A DNA stretch of 64,000 bases from Candidatus Nomurabacteria bacterium. Lineage in GTDB: Bacteria; Patescibacteriota; Minisyncoccia; Phycocordibacterales; UBA9973. Within the stretch, counting starts at the first letter, position 1; every line of letters starts with the position of its first letter. This document shows, in pieces, positions 1 through 9,615 of this stretch. Location: NCBI GenBank assembly GCA_026395965.1, contig JAPLXS010000012.1, positions 115,977-179,976 of the forward strand, read 5' to 3'. Made by a program: the position numbers and the translations under genes. The notes under the pieces are model-generated. The model had not been told where the DNA came from, did no database searches, and worked only from the letters and a program-made list of their open reading frames with translations.

Positions 1-1225
1 TTTCTATTAGTTTTGTAGATACACCACCAAGAGTTTCAATACCAAGAGATAAAGGTATCACATCAAGAAGAAGAACATCTTTAACATCACCTTGTAGTAC
101 TCCTGCTTGAACTGCAGCACCAAGAGCTACAACTTCATCTGGGTTTATACTTCTATTTGGTTCTTTTCCAAACAAAGCTTTTACTGCTTCAACAATAGCT
201 GGCATTCTTGTTTGACCTCCAACCATAATTATTTCATTAATCTCACTCATTTTAAATGGTGAAGCTTCCATAGCACGCTTTGTGATTTCTATTGAGCGGT
301 CTACATATTCTTGCGCCAAACTCTCAAGAGTCGCACGAGTTATCTTGATAAGGAAATGTTTTGGACCAGAAGCATCTGAAGTGATAAATGGAATATTTAC
401 TTCTGTTTCTGGTGTTGTTGAAAGCTCTATTTTTGCTTTTTCTGCAGCTTCATCTAAACGCTGAAGAGCAAGTGGGTCTTTTGTAATATCAATACCTGAT
501 TCTTTTTTGAATTCTCCAGCTAACCAATTTATTATTTTTTCATCTATATCACGACCACCCATGTGTGAGTCGCCATCTGTAGATTTTACTTCTATAACAT
601 CATTTGAAACCTCAAGAACTGATACATCGAAAGTACCTCCTCCGAAGTCGTAAACTACTATTTTTTCTTCTTTCTTTGTATTAAATCCATAAGCGAGAGC
701 TGCTGCTGTAGGCTCGTTGATAATACGCATTACATCAAGACCTGCGATAGCACCAGCATCTTTTGTTGCTTTTCTTTGTGCATCATTAAAATATGCAGGA
801 ACAGTAATAATAGCCTGAGTAACTTTTTCTCCAAGTTTTGCTTCAACATCAGCTTTTATTTTTGAAAGAATCATAGCAGATATTTCTTCTGGACGAGACC
901 ATTTATCACTGATATTTACTTCTACACCTCCATCTGTACCACCTTGAATTTTAAAGGGTGCAGTTTTTTGTGTTTTTTGTATTTCAGGATCAGCGAAATT
1001 GTGACCCATAAAACGCTTAATACCATAGATTGTATTTTGTGGGTTTGTAACTGCTTGACGCTTTGCAAGTTGACCAACTAAACGGTCGCCATTTTTTGCT
1101 ATCGCCACAATAGACGGAGTTGTTCTTGTTCCTTCTATATTTTCTATTATTTTTGGTTGACCACCTTCAATGATTGCAACCGCACTATTTGTTGTACCTA
1201 AATCGATACCGATAATTTTTGACAT
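1..1225 (-). CDS. dnaK: Chaperone DnaK (Hsp70), 3' part runs off the window
   Basis: Not in the ORF track. Manual translation from the ATG at 1225 gives [14 protein letters not shown]..., later [34 protein letters not shown] and [12 protein letters not shown], the Hsp70 signatures. Confidence 0.97.
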   Translation of the reverse strand, partial: MSKIIGIDLGTTNSAVAIIEGGQPKIIENIEGTRTTPSIVAIAKNGDRLVGQLAKRQAVTNPQNTIYGIKRFMGHNFADPEIQKTQKTAPFKIQGGTDGGVEVNISDKWSRPEEISAMILSKIKADVEAKLGEKVTQAIITVPAYFNDAQRKATKDAGAIAGLDVMRIINEPTAAALAYGFNTKKEEKIVVYDFGGGTFDVSVLEVSNDVIEVKSTDGDSHMGGRDIDEKIINWLAGEFKKESGIDITKDPLALQRLDEAAEKAKIELSTTPETEVNIPFITSDASGPKHFLIKITRATLESLAQEYVDRSIEITKRAMEASPFKMSEINEIIMVGGQTRMPAIVEAVKALFGKEPNRSINPDEVVALGAAVQAGVLQGDVKDVLLLDVIPLSLGIETLGGVSTKLIE

Positions 1226-1393
1226 ATATTTTTATATTTAATTAATAATTGATAATAAAATATTAAATATTTTAAATAAATCGTATTATTTAAAATATAT
1301 AAAAATATTATATACTATGAAATATAATTATACAAGCATTTCGTGCTCACGAAACTATTGTATAATATCAAATATAGTGTTAATATACTCAAC

Positions 1394-1945
1394 ATGATAA
1401 AGAAACCTTCTATCCAAAGGGCAATATTTAAAACTTTAGCTGGTAAAAATGCTGTTTCTTTTGAATCTCTTAAAAATGACGTTGAGAATACTATAAAAGA
1501 TATATATAAAGGTAAAAATAAGCCAGAATATGCAATATCTAGATCTATAAAGAACCTAGCTGAAGATGGATTAGTAGAGTGTTTTCAGTCCGAATATCAA
1601 CAATATTTCCGGTTGTCTACTGAAGGTAAAAAACGTTTCAATAATAGTACATTAGACAATGATACAGGACTTATTTCTAATGAATGGGATGGATACTGGA
1701 GAATGATAATACTTGATCTTCCAGAAGACCGTAAAAATGAACGCGAAGCTCTTCGTTATTTACTAAAGAAAGCAGGGTTTATTTGTATAAAAAATTCAGT
1801 ATGGATTTCTATGTACCCTTATGAGCATTTATTCACGAACATAAAAAAAGATCTTGGTCTAAAAACTGAAATGATGATAATAGTTACAGACAAAGTAGAC
1901 TCTGAAACTGAAAATGAATTTTTCTTAATTTGTAAAGCAAAATAA
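1394..1945 (+). CDS. PaaX-like winged-helix transcriptional regulator (CPR PaaX/Cas2-like family)
   Basis: N-terminal wHTH (ISRSIKNLAEDGLVE...YFRLSTEG) followed by the PaaX central motif WDGYWRMIILDLPE...REALRYLLKKAGF...SVWI. ATG at 1394 preferred over the track GTG at 1343. Confidence 0.8.
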   Translation: MIKKPSIQRAIFKTLAGKNAVSFESLKNDVENTIKDIYKGKNKPEYAISRSIKNLAEDGLVECFQSEYQQYFRLSTEGKKRFNNSTLDNDTGLISNEWDGYWRMIILDLPEDRKNEREALRYLLKKAGFICIKNSVWISMYPYEHLFTNIKKDLGLKTEMMIIVTDKVDSETENEFFLICKAK

Positions 1946-2013
1946 ATTTATTAAAATTATTTATCACAGAGGAAACATTTGATATAAAAAAAATAAAATC
2001 ATTCTGATAAATA

Positions 2014-2053
2014 AAAACATCCAATATCTATAGGAATAGATGTTGGATATTTT
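2014..2053. terminator. Inverted repeat between the convergent PaaX-like gene and grpE (TTGGA-family arms)
   Basis: AAAACATCCAATATCTA-taggaa-TAGATGTTGGATATTTT, flanked by A/T tracts. Confidence 0.6.
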
Positions 2054-2062
2054 TATTTCAAT

Positions 2063-2647
2063 TTATTTTTTATATTCGTAAATATTTACTCTCGCTGGTC
2101 GTATAACTCTATCACCTATTTTGTATCCTGCTTGAATTATTTTTTCAATAGTGTGATCTTTGCTTTCATCATCAGTAGCAACACTTTCCATAGACTGGTG
2201 AATATTTGGGTCAAAAGAAATATTACTTTTATCAATCTTTTCAACACCAGAGTCAGATAAACTATTTATAAATTGCTGATATATATACTCAACACCTACA
2301 CGCCAATTTTGATCAACTTTTTCCCATGCATCTTTATTTGCAAATGCCATATCAAAACTATCAAGAGCAGGCAAAAGATTTTCAACTATTTTTTCTTTAG
2401 TAAGCAATGATGTATTTGCACGAACTTGATCCATTTCTTTTTGTAAATTTACATAATCTGCTTTTGCTCTTTGCCAACCTGTGAGATATTCTTCTTTGTC
2501 AGAGCGTACTTGTTTTAAATCTTCACGTAATTTTTTGACTACATCTTTTGTGGGCAAAGCTTCACCGTCTTCATTGCTGTCTACATAAGATATATCTGAT
2601 TCAATAGATTCTTCTGTTGTTTTATTTATTATTTCTTCATCATTCAT
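2063..2647 (-). CDS. grpE: Nucleotide exchange factor GrpE
   Basis: WQRAKADYVN, LLPALDSF, FDPNIHQS and GYKIGDRVIRPARV motifs; near dnaK. Confidence 0.95.
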   Translation of the reverse strand: MNDEEIINKTTEESIESDISYVDSNEDGEALPTKDVVKKLREDLKQVRSDKEEYLTGWQRAKADYVNLQKEMDQVRANTSLLTKEKIVENLLPALDSFDMAFANKDAWEKVDQNWRVGVEYIYQQFINSLSDSGVEKIDKSNISFDPNIHQSMESVATDDESKDHTIEKIIQAGYKIGDRVIRPARVNIYEYKK

Positions 2648-2680
2648 AATATATATTATACAATTATTTATTAAATAAAC

Positions 2681-2703
2681 AAAAAGCCCCCTAAGGGGCT
2701 TTT
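2681..2703 (-). terminator. Rho-independent terminator after rpsI
   Basis: AAAAAGCCCC-CTAA-GGGGCTTTT hairpin directly after the rpsI stop. Confidence 0.8.
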
Positions 2704-2704
2704 A

Positions 2705-3115
2705 TTAACGCTTACTCCATTGTGGAGCCTTACGAGCTTTCTTGAGTCCGAATTTTTTACGTTCAACTTGACGAGGATCGCGTTTAAGCATTTTAGCCTT
2801 CTTAAGAACACCACGAAGTTCTCCATCTTGTAGAACAAGAGCACGAGATATACCGTGACGAACTGCTTCAGCTTGGGAATGTATTCCTCCGCCTTTAGTA
2901 GTTACAACAACTTCAAATTTCTCAGCTGGTGTTGCAGTTTCAAAAGCAGAAGTCACAATCTTTTTTAGGTCAGCAGTTTTAAAGTATTCAGTTAAATCCT
3001 TTCCATTTATTGAATAAGTATTTTTTGAAGCCTTGTAAAGACGAACAACAGCTGTAGCAGTCTTGCGACGACCGATGGCTCTGAAATATTCTTTTGTTGT
3101 TGATTTTTTTTCCAT
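2705..3115 (-). CDS. rpsI: 30S ribosomal protein S9
   Basis: GRRKTATAVVRL, GGGIHSQAEAVRHGISRAL and the C-terminal ERKKFGLKKARKAPQWSKR. Confidence 0.97.
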   Translation of the reverse strand: MEKKSTTKEYFRAIGRRKTATAVVRLYKASKNTYSINGKDLTEYFKTADLKKIVTSAFETATPAEKFEVVVTTKGGGIHSQAEAVRHGISRALVLQDGELRGVLKKAKMLKRDPRQVERKKFGLKKARKAPQWSKR

Positions 3116-3120
3116 GTTAT

Positions 3121-3471
3121 TTAATCTTTTATTGTTAAACGCTTCATCATTAGAGGTCTAAGCTTGTTTGCTGGAAGCATTCCGTATACTGCTAATTCGT
3201 ACAAACCTTGCCATCCCTTTTTGTCTATAATCTTGGCATTTGTTTTTGTTTTGAATCCGCCTGGATGTCCTGAGTATGTTTCGTGTAGTGTTTCTTTCAT
3301 GCGGCGTTCTGACATTTTTGTCTTACCTGCATTTGTGATTGTGACGATAACATCAGCAACCTTGTTTGGAACATAGTCTATAGAAGTTTTACCCATAAGG
3401 ATTTTTGCGGCTGCACTTGAAACAAATCCTAGTGTCTTACCTTCTGCATCAATTGTATGTCTAGTAGTCAT
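3121..3471 (-). CDS. rplM: 50S ribosomal protein L13 (short form)
   Basis: IDAEGKTLG, YSGHPGGFK and AVYGMLPANKL; upstream of rpsI. Confidence 0.93.
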   Translation of the reverse strand: MTTRHTIDAEGKTLGFVSSAAAKILMGKTSIDYVPNKVADVIVTITNAGKTKMSERRMKETLHETYSGHPGGFKTKTNAKIIDKKGWQGLYELAVYGMLPANKLRPLMMKRLTIKD

Positions 3472-3476
3472 ATATA

Positions 3477-3830
3477 TTATATAAATTCGATAATTGCCAT
3501 TTTACTTGCATCTCCTTGTCGACGTGGGAGTTTGGTAATGCGAGTATAACCGCCGGCTTGTCCTTTGTATTTTGGTGCAATCTCATCAATAAGTTTATTT
3601 GCTTCAGCAGTAAGATTGTATAAACGTGAAATAACTAAACGTCTTGAAGCAAGAGTTCCAACATTTGCCTTTGTAACCATCTTTTCTATAGTAGGACGTA
3701 GTTCCTTTGCTTTAGCTTCTGTTGTTTGTATCTTTCCGTGAGCAATAAGCGCTAACATAAGACCCTTTAGTAGGGCGTGGCGCTGACTCTTGTCTCTCCC
3801 AAATTTTCGTACATTATTACCGTGTCTCAT
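3477..3830 (-). CDS. rplQ: 50S ribosomal protein L17
   Basis: MRHG...KFGR, IQTTEAKAKELR and GGYTRITKL...RQGDASKMAIIEF. Confidence 0.97.
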   Translation of the reverse strand: MRHGNNVRKFGRDKSQRHALLKGLMLALIAHGKIQTTEAKAKELRPTIEKMVTKANVGTLASRRLVISRLYNLTAEANKLIDEIAPKYKGQAGGYTRITKLPRRQGDASKMAIIEFI

Positions 3831-3858
3831 ATATTATTACTTATTACTAAATTACTAA

Positions 3859-4836
3859 TTATTTAAGTGTTATTCCGTAAACACCAAGGACTTTTTTAAT
3901 TTCTTGGATACCTTTATCTCCAATTCCTTCAATTTCTAATAAATCTTCTTTCTTTTTTCTAGCAATACCTCCTATTGTTCGGATATTTGCACCAGTCAAA
4001 GAATTCAAAGTACGAGTAGACAAATCTAGAGTATCGATTCTTGTTTTTAGAATATCTGTAAATTCACTACTTTCTTCTTTTTCAGAATCATCTTTTTTAT
4101 CAGTTACTTCTTCTTTTTCTATTTCTTTTCCGATAACTCGGTGAGAAACAGTAAATCCTACAATTGCTTGTAATTGTTCTACCATAACAGTGATAGCTCT
4201 TTCAAGTGCCTCACGGGGTGTTAGAGTTCCATCTGTTTCGATAGTCATACGTAAACGATTGTGGTTTGTTTTGTCTCCAACACGCATATTTTCTACTTCG
4301 TATGATACGCGACGTATTGGAGTGAATATAGCATCAAGAGATATAACACCAACTTCATTCTTGTTTTTCTGGTGCATTTCTTTTGGCATAAAACCTAATC
4401 CTTTTTCTACTGTCATTTCAATAGAAAGAGCATTTTTTCCAGTTACTTCTGCTATATATAAATCACCATTTAAAACTTCAACTTGTCCTGAAGTTTCTAT
4501 ATCACTTGCTGTTATTTGTTTTGGTCCTTTAACTTGAAGCTTAACAGTTTGTGGCTCATCAGTATTTAAACGAAAACGAACCTGTTTAAGATGAAGCAGG
4601 ATTGTTATAACATCTTCTTTTACACCATCAATAACAGAAAATTCATGATCTACGCCATCTATTTTAATAGATGTAATAGCAGCACCTGTCAAAGATGACA
4701 AGATAATACGACGAAGAGAATTACCCAAGGTATGTCCATACCCAGGATAAAGACCGTCTATTTCATAAACACCATTTGTACCTACCTCGGAAACGATAGA
4801 TAATTTTGATGGAAGTATAATATTTAAATCAGACAT
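3859..4836 (-). CDS. rpoA: RNA polymerase subunit alpha
   Basis: GYGHTLGNSLRRIILSSL, DAIFTPIRRVSYEVENMRVG and an alpha-CTD (LDLSTRTLNSL). Confidence 0.97.
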   Translation of the reverse strand: MSDLNIILPSKLSIVSEVGTNGVYEIDGLYPGYGHTLGNSLRRIILSSLTGAAITSIKIDGVDHEFSVIDGVKEDVITILLHLKQVRFRLNTDEPQTVKLQVKGPKQITASDIETSGQVEVLNGDLYIAEVTGKNALSIEMTVEKGLGFMPKEMHQKNKNEVGVISLDAIFTPIRRVSYEVENMRVGDKTNHNRLRMTIETDGTLTPREALERAITVMVEQLQAIVGFTVSHRVIGKEIEKEEVTDKKDDSEKEESSEFTDILKTRIDTLDLSTRTLNSLTGANIRTIGGIARKKKEDLLEIEGIGDKGIQEIKKVLGVYGITLK

Positions 4837-4905
4837 AGTTATATGATGTTGGAAAGCTTTATGCTTTCATAATTATTTATTAATAAAAATTAACCATAAG
4901 CTAAT

Positions 4906-5514
4906 CTAACGACTGTAGAATTCTAATACGGTATTTAGATCAATGTATCCTTCAGTGTTTTTAGGTTTACCTTGTATTTTTCCAGAAAGACTTTCAGCAT
5001 TGAACATTAACCAGTTTGGACATGTGTAATCTTTCATTTTATTTACCATATCTCCAAATAATACACTCTTTTTACTACCTTCACGAATAGCTATTATATC
5101 TCCAACTTGTACTCTTTGTGAAGCTACTGTTGTCTTTTTTCCGTTTACGAGAATATGACCATGAGAGACCATCTGACGTGAAAGACGACGTGAATTTGTA
5201 AGTCCTAATCTGTATACAACATTGTCTAGTCTATTTTCTAACAATTCAAAAAGATAATCAGTTGCAATAGTACCTTTATGGTTTACAACTTCTTTGATGT
5301 AATTTGAAAATTGCTTTTCACTTATTCCATACATAAAACGAACCTTCTGCTTTTCTATGAACTGAGTTGCATAGCCAGAAAGAGGTTTTGGTCTTTTCTT
5401 TTTAGAATTTTTAGCATGGCGAGCTTCTGATGCAGCAAATTTGGCTGTTTGACATTTTTCAAACACACCTGGACCTAATCTTCTGCAAATTTTATATTGT
5501 TGGACTGTTTTCAT
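4906..5514 (-). CDS. rpsD: 30S ribosomal protein S4
   Basis: EKQKVRFMYG, LENRLDNVVYRLG...RQMVSHGHILVNG and the terminal EFYSR. Confidence 0.97.
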   Translation of the reverse strand: MKTVQQYKICRRLGPGVFEKCQTAKFAASEARHAKNSKKKRPKPLSGYATQFIEKQKVRFMYGISEKQFSNYIKEVVNHKGTIATDYLFELLENRLDNVVYRLGLTNSRRLSRQMVSHGHILVNGKKTTVASQRVQVGDIIAIREGSKKSVLFGDMVNKMKDYTCPNWLMFNAESLSGKIQGKPKNTEGYIDLNTVLEFYSR

Positions 5515-5519
5515 AATTT

Positions 5520-5966
5520 TTATACTCTACGAGGCTTCTTAGGTTTAGGACCGTTGTGAGGAACCGGTGTTACGTCATTTACTCCTGTGATTTCTATATC
5601 ATAAGCCATAAATGCACGAATGGTAGGCTCACGACCACTACCTACTCCTTTAACTTTTACATCAACTTCTTTGATTCCCAATGCTTTTGCTTTTTCTCCT
5701 ATTATAGATCCTGCTTTTGAAGCAGCAAAAGGTGTACCTTTCTTTGCTCCTTTGAAGCCCAATGCTCCAGCGGATGTCCAGAATAATGTATTACCTTCTT
5801 TATCAGATAAAACGATTTTTGTATTATTAAAAGTGGCCTCTACGTGTAGAGTGCCAGCGATAATTTTCTTCTTAGGAGTTTTACCACCTGTTTTAGGTGT
5901 TTCAACAACTTTGTCTGAAATTTCTTTTTTATCTTCTTCTTTTGTTGTAATTTTTATCTTTCCCAT
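5520..5966 (-). CDS. rpsK: 30S ribosomal protein S11
   Basis: ATFNNT, GFKGAKKGTPFAA and DVTPVPHNG..P.K.RRV. Confidence 0.97.
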   Translation of the reverse strand: MGKIKITTKEEDKKEISDKVVETPKTGGKTPKKKIIAGTLHVEATFNNTKIVLSDKEGNTLFWTSAGALGFKGAKKGTPFAASKAGSIIGEKAKALGIKEVDVKVKGVGSGREPTIRAFMAYDIEITGVNDVTPVPHNGPKPKKPRRV

Positions 5967-5975
5967 ATTTTTAAT

Positions 5976-6038
5976 TAGTTTCTAGTAATTAGTTTCTAGT
6001 TTCTAGTAAGTCCAGAATTTGGAATCTAGAATCTAATC
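5976..6038. repeat. Degenerate heptamer tandem array in the rpsM-rpsK spacer
   Basis: TAGTTTC TAGTAAT TAGTTTC TAGTTTC TAGTAAG ... TGGAATC TAGAATC. Confidence 0.65.
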
Positions 6039-6419
6039 CTAAGTCTTTTCAGCTTTTCTTCTACCACTACCCATGGTCTTTCTAACATTTCCACGAACAG
6101 TACGTGAATTAGTTTTTGTTCTTTGACCATTAACAGGAAGACGGCGCATATGTCTAATACCTCTGTATGCTTTGATATCTTTTAGTCTTTTTATGTTTGA
6201 AGCAACTTCACGCTTTAAAGTACCTTCTATAGACATACCTTCTATGATTTTACGAATTGTATTTTCCTGATCAACAGTAAGAACATCTCCTTTTATAGTT
6301 CTTTCAATACCAGCTTCGTCTAAAATCTTTCTTGAACGTGATAGACCAATACCATAAAGGACTGTTAATCCTACGTCTAAATGTTTATTGTTTGGGATAG
6401 TAATACCGAGAATTCTCAT
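6039..6419 (-). CDS. rpsM: 30S ribosomal protein S13
   Basis: LYGIG and NIKRLKDIKAYRGIRH...LPVNGQRTKTNSRT. Confidence 0.97.
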   Translation of the reverse strand: MRILGITIPNNKHLDVGLTVLYGIGLSRSRKILDEAGIERTIKGDVLTVDQENTIRKIIEGMSIEGTLKREVASNIKRLKDIKAYRGIRHMRRLPVNGQRTKTNSRTVRGNVRKTMGSGRRKAEKT

Positions 6420-6425
6420 ATAAAA

Positions 6426-6536
6426 TTATTGTTTTTGTTTATGTTTAGGATTATCGCAAATAACACGAAGATGACCACTTCGCTTGATTAACTTACATTT
6501 TGTACAAATTTTCTTTACTGCAGATTTAATTTTCAT
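6426..6536 (-). CDS. rpmJ: 50S ribosomal protein L36
   Basis: Below the track size cut-off. Manual translation gives [36 protein letters not shown] (CxxC...C...H zinc ribbon), lying between infA and rpsM. Confidence 0.95.
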   Translation of the reverse strand: MKIKSAVKKICTKCKLIKRSGHLRVICDNPKHKQKQ

Positions 6537-6643
6537 ATTTTATCTATAATGCTAAAGAAAAATATATAGGGTTTCTACCCTGTATATTTATTACATAAGC
6601 ATATATCCTTTTATAGTACACTACTTTAATAAAATAAGCAAGA

Positions 6644-6859
6644 CTAGTTTCTTTTAATAATTCTTCCTTTGCCACCGTATGGATCAAGTAGAACTTCTAC
6701 TTTGTCACCTAACAATACTTTTATTCTATGCATGCGCATTTTGCCTGCAAGATAAGATAGTATTATTTTACCATCCCCTATATCAACTCTAAAAAGAGTG
6801 TTAGGAAGGGCTTCCGTAACAGTTCCGATAACAGTGTTTTTGTCGTCTTTTTGATTCAT
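6644..6859 (-). CDS. infA: Translation initiation factor IF-1
   Basis: GTVTEALPNTLFRV...LAGKMRMHRIKVLLGDKV. Confidence 0.96.
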   Translation of the reverse strand: MNQKDDKNTVIGTVTEALPNTLFRVDIGDGKIILSYLAGKMRMHRIKVLLGDKVEVLLDPYGGKGRIIKRN

Positions 6860-7019
6860 TAATGCTTTTACAATATAACAAAAATTATATTTTTAGTCAA
6901 ATTATTTATGTATTTTTTTATACCGATGAGTAAAAGTCGATACTTATTTTTAATTTTTAAAATAAAAATATATTATTTTACTCAGAATCCACTAAATTTT
7001 ATATAAATATATACAATAT

Positions 7020-8375
7020 TTATTTTAAAATTATATTTATTTTTGATAAATCATTTGGAATAGATTTTTGCCATATTGGGAAAATGTTTATTAGAGCAGA
7101 CGATACTCCTGGGTCTTGTCTAAAAATCGATGGTGCATTTCCCTTGTTAATTCCTATTAGTTTAGTTTTAAGCAATTCAACATCTGGATTCCACATAGCA
7201 TCTAAGCTTCCTGATAAATAAAATGAAACTGAGCTAATATCTTTTGAAATAACTTGGTCTTTATTTATAAAATTAAAAGTAAGCTTACTTAAGTCAGAAA
7301 TATTTATTTCTTTTAACTCAACTCCTGTGATTTGTGATAATGAAATTTTAATTATATTATTTATTAGACTTTTTTCTTTAATTAAAATAACAGACAAAGT
7401 ACCTTCAATCTGAACTTCTGATTCAGGGGTTTTGGATAAATTATTATCTAGAACTTTATAAGAAAATGTCGATGCATCTGGATACAAAATATATCCTGGG
7501 TAAACAGAAGATTGAACTTTTTTAAATATATCATTTCTTAGAGAAGTTTTAGCTAATTCATCGATATTTTTAATATCCATATCACTAAAAGTATAAACTG
7601 TTCCGAGAGCACCACCTACAAATGGGGATTTTAATTTACCATAAATTTTATTATATTTTGTAGTCCCCTTGTATGACGTAATATAAAAATCTGTTGGTGA
7701 TCCATTGTAAGTATCTCCAGGGAGAAAAGCACTAAGATTTATAGTTATTTGACCGGGTATATTCTTTTTATTTTCAGTAGTATAACCTGGAATAGTAATA
7801 GCACTTTCAGTTTTATATGTTTTACCTTCGTTATCTGCAATAAATGTACCAGATGGTATCTTTTGAGGTTTTGCACTAAATTCATTATATAAAACAACAC
7901 TACCAGCAGATTTTACAGATACATCTTTTGGCTCTGTTAGAATCATTTTTTTGGATACCTTATCTGTATATATCATAACCATAATATCATCTGTCTCTCC
8001 ATTTGATTCTTTTAAAATATTAAAAGGCTTATTATTATAATTTATAAGTTGATGTTTAGGAGTTATTGTTATATCAGCTTTTTGGAAATAAATACCACCA
8101 AAATAAACAAGGACAGCAATAAATATAAATCCCAAAAAGACATATAGTAATCTATTTGACCCACCTATCTTATTTTTTAAATACGGAGTTCTTCGAATTT
8201 TTTGTTTTACAGGAGACTTTTTATTAAAATAATTATCAAATTTAGAATCTTTTAGATTATCGGCATTAAAATCTTTTTGAATATTTTTTGTCTCAATAAA
8301 AATTGGCTCTTCTTTTTTAGGAAGAACTTTTTTTTTATTATTTAATTTTATATCTTCTAAGATAATTCTCGGCAT
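7020..8375 (-). CDS. Conserved CPR membrane-anchored protein with baseplate J/gp47-like region
   Basis: One TM segment (LLYVFLGFIFIAVLVYF), then GSVVLYN...PQKIPSGT...GKTYKT....IPG...PG...A..PG..YN, a pattern recalled from baseplate-J-like CPR proteins. Confidence 0.5.
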   Translation of the reverse strand: MPRIILEDIKLNNKKKVLPKKEEPIFIETKNIQKDFNADNLKDSKFDNYFNKKSPVKQKIRRTPYLKNKIGGSNRLLYVFLGFIFIAVLVYFGGIYFQKADITITPKHQLINYNNKPFNILKESNGETDDIMVMIYTDKVSKKMILTEPKDVSVKSAGSVVLYNEFSAKPQKIPSGTFIADNEGKTYKTESAITIPGYTTENKKNIPGQITINLSAFLPGDTYNGSPTDFYITSYKGTTKYNKIYGKLKSPFVGGALGTVYTFSDMDIKNIDELAKTSLRNDIFKKVQSSVYPGYILYPDASTFSYKVLDNNLSKTPESEVQIEGTLSVILIKEKSLINNIIKISLSQITGVELKEINISDLSKLTFNFINKDQVISKDISSVSFYLSGSLDAMWNPDVELLKTKLIGINKGNAPSIFRQDPGVSSALINIFPIWQKSIPNDLSKINIILK

Positions 8376-8379
8376 ATTA

Positions 8380-9564
8380 TTACTTTACTATTTTTCTCAT
8401 AACTGAGATAGATTCGATCATTATAAATGGATCACAGATACCATCACCAACACTGCACATATTTAAAAATTCTGATCCTTCGATAGCAACAATTTTAAAT
8501 TTACGGCTTGAAAATTTAGATTTTAAATATTTTTCATTATTTAAAATCTGCGTAAACCAATGCATAATATCATTATCTGCTGTAAAAAAAATTGTATTGG
8601 ATAAAACGAGATCAGATGGCAATGAACCAATACATTGATTAAAAGAATCATTCCATGATTTCTCTATTGATTCAATAACTAAGTCTAACTTTTTAGTATG
8701 TTCTTTGGATAGGTTTTTGTCATTGTAAAGATTAAATAATTCTTTTGCATCTCTTAATTCTATATTCATTTTAGAACAAATCTGTTTAAAAACTGTTCTT
8801 TTTCCAAAAGGAAAAGATAAAACAGTTTTTAAAACTCCTTTTGACACTATTCCTATATCTGTTATTTCTCCACTCACATCTAAGAGTAAATACGAATCTT
8901 CGGTTACATATCTATCTCGTACTGCTAGATATGTAGCCATAGTAAAAGAAGAAAAACTAACATTAGTACTGTGATATATTTTTGATAATTCTTCGCGCAT
9001 TTTATCAAGATAGATTTTGGGTACCAACGATACCAACATATTCATTTCAAGAGATTTACACCTTTTACCCAAAGGCTCTTCTTCTACAGAGTCATCAAGA
9101 CTCACTGACATTATATTTTGCTCTATTATTTCAGGTAAGCCTTCTGATTCTCCGTATTTATTTTTAAATATTTGAACAAGATTAGATACTTCGTTTTTAA
9201 TTAGTTTAGTTGCCAAACTTTTTGAAAATATAAATGGATTTTCTTTCTTTAGCTTTATAACTCTTGTTTCAGATAAGTACCAAGGTGATGCCATTACGCA
9301 AAATATTTCATCTGGAGCACCTGATTTTTTATCATGTAAAGATTTGGCTGCAGAATAAAGAGCTGAATTCATATCCAGCATCATCAAATCAAAATCTAAA
9401 TTCTCACGAAATTTTATCTCAACATTTTTAATAGATTTTATTATCTCAGGTACTATTTTCCCATCTAAAGGTATTCGAACAATAGCTCCACCAATACTAT
9501 CTGACCCGATATCAAATATTGCAACAATGCGTTCTTTCTTTTTTGATGTAAATAAAAATCCCAT
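8380..9564 (-). CDS. Actin-fold (FtsA/PilM-like) protein
   Basis: AIFDIGSDSIG (phosphate 1) and LLLDVSGEITDIGIV...SFPFG (phosphate 2) ASKHA-type motifs; distinct from the canonical ftsA at 27114. Confidence 0.6.
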   Translation of the reverse strand: MGFLFTSKKKERIVAIFDIGSDSIGGAIVRIPLDGKIVPEIIKSIKNVEIKFRENLDFDLMMLDMNSALYSAAKSLHDKKSGAPDEIFCVMASPWYLSETRVIKLKKENPFIFSKSLATKLIKNEVSNLVQIFKNKYGESEGLPEIIEQNIMSVSLDDSVEEEPLGKRCKSLEMNMLVSLVPKIYLDKMREELSKIYHSTNVSFSSFTMATYLAVRDRYVTEDSYLLLDVSGEITDIGIVSKGVLKTVLSFPFGKRTVFKQICSKMNIELRDAKELFNLYNDKNLSKEHTKKLDLVIESIEKSWNDSFNQCIGSLPSDLVLSNTIFFTADNDIMHWFTQILNNEKYLKSKFSSRKFKIVAIEGSEFLNMCSVGDGICDPFIMIESISVMRKIVK

Positions 9565-9615
9565 AGTATATATTATACTACAGGATTAATAAAAAGTTTA
9601 ACAAATTTGGAAATA

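Noticed and set aside
1226-1393. Replication origin in the AT-rich spacer
   Set aside because: No cluster of DnaA boxes and no dnaA/dnaN nearby; AT-richness is general in intergenic DNA here
1394-1945. Possible Cas2 / CRISPR locus
   Set aside because: The Cas2-like ferredoxin fold is part of PaaX-type proteins; no cas1, other cas genes or repeat-spacer array were seen in the window
7020-8375. Prophage suggested by the baseplate-J-like protein
   Set aside because: No terminase, capsid, portal or tail genes; the protein has a TM anchor and sits among core genes
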